Assembly: GCA_020536535.1 (NCBI GenBank) | Contig: JAHLWZ010000643.1 | Span: 1 to 32,307, forward strand | Origin: Pelomyxa schiedti | Lineage: Eukaryota > Protista > Evosea | DNA: 32,307 bases | Reading direction: 5' to 3' | Shown here: positions 32,045 through 32,307 of the stretch, in pieces | How the letters are laid out: each line of letters opens with the position of its first letter | Position numbering within the stretch: position 1 is the stretch's first letter | Position numbers and translations under genes: made by a program | Notes under the pieces: model-generated | Databases searched by the model: none | What the model was told of the DNA's origin: nothing | Seen by the model: only the letters and a program-made list of their open reading frames with translations

Positions 32045-32307
32045 TGTGCAATGATTCAATTTAGTTGTTGTGAGCAAAAGAGCTTTGTTGTGTTGTCAAA
32101 CCGTCAAGAGAAAAAAGGAGGAAGACTTGATTGCTTCCCTGAAAAAAAATGATGTCTTCTCAACCAGGGGCAGTGCAGAAATCTAGAACCAATTAACCAA
32201 TTAACCAAGGAACTGTGTACTTCCATAAAGTACACGAACTCACTGAGTCGGAGGAATCTGATCATCTCGGGGGTGAGAGATCTGATCTTGACTTGCAGAT
32301 TTGTGAT

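Noticed and set aside
30959-32152. 397-aa plus-strand ORF antisense to the Sel1 gene
   Set aside because: Shadow ORF from GC-rich codon usage on the opposite strand; no recognisable motifs.
1-32307. CRISPR arrays, tRNA/rRNA genes, transposases, non-standard genetic code
   Set aside because: None seen; in the conserved genes I spliced, in-frame stops were explained by GT-AG or GC-AG introns.

Overview
Gene-dense eukaryotic (protist) scaffold segment with many short spliceosomal introns (mostly about 40-60 nt) and three 100-N scaffold gaps (896-995, 24228-24327, 30697-30796). Short introns, an intron-containing bacterial-type rubrerythrin, an amoebozoan-type alpha-actinin and a recurrent 'AREQFAAL...SHPRCG' hypothetical family point to an anaerobic amoebozoan, plausibly Pelomyxa or another archamoeba. 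This assignment is an inference from recall. Manual splicing gives about 15 genes: a Vps41-fragment/coiled-coil/PINK1-like kinase chimera (plus a near-identical partial copy), rubrerythrin, a small PAS-like protein missed by the ORF track, RNA polymerase III subunit RPC25, a plant-type FAAH amidase, a GRAM protein, alpha-actinin, a C2H2 zinc-finger protein, two hypothetical genes, an OSCA/TMEM63 channel with an unusual ~350-aa signal-peptide-bearing ectodomain, an ankyrin-repeat protein, a Cys-rich PH/GRAM-like protein, a p24/TMED10 cargo receptor, a lineage-family hypothetical protein and a Sel1-repeat protein. No rRNA, tRNA, CRISPR array or transposon was recognised. The strongest novelty candidates are the Vps41-kinase chimera, the ectodomain-bearing OSCA channel and the PAS gene lying directly upstream of rubrerythrin. 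All gene models were spliced by eye and family calls rest on remembered motifs, not database searches.
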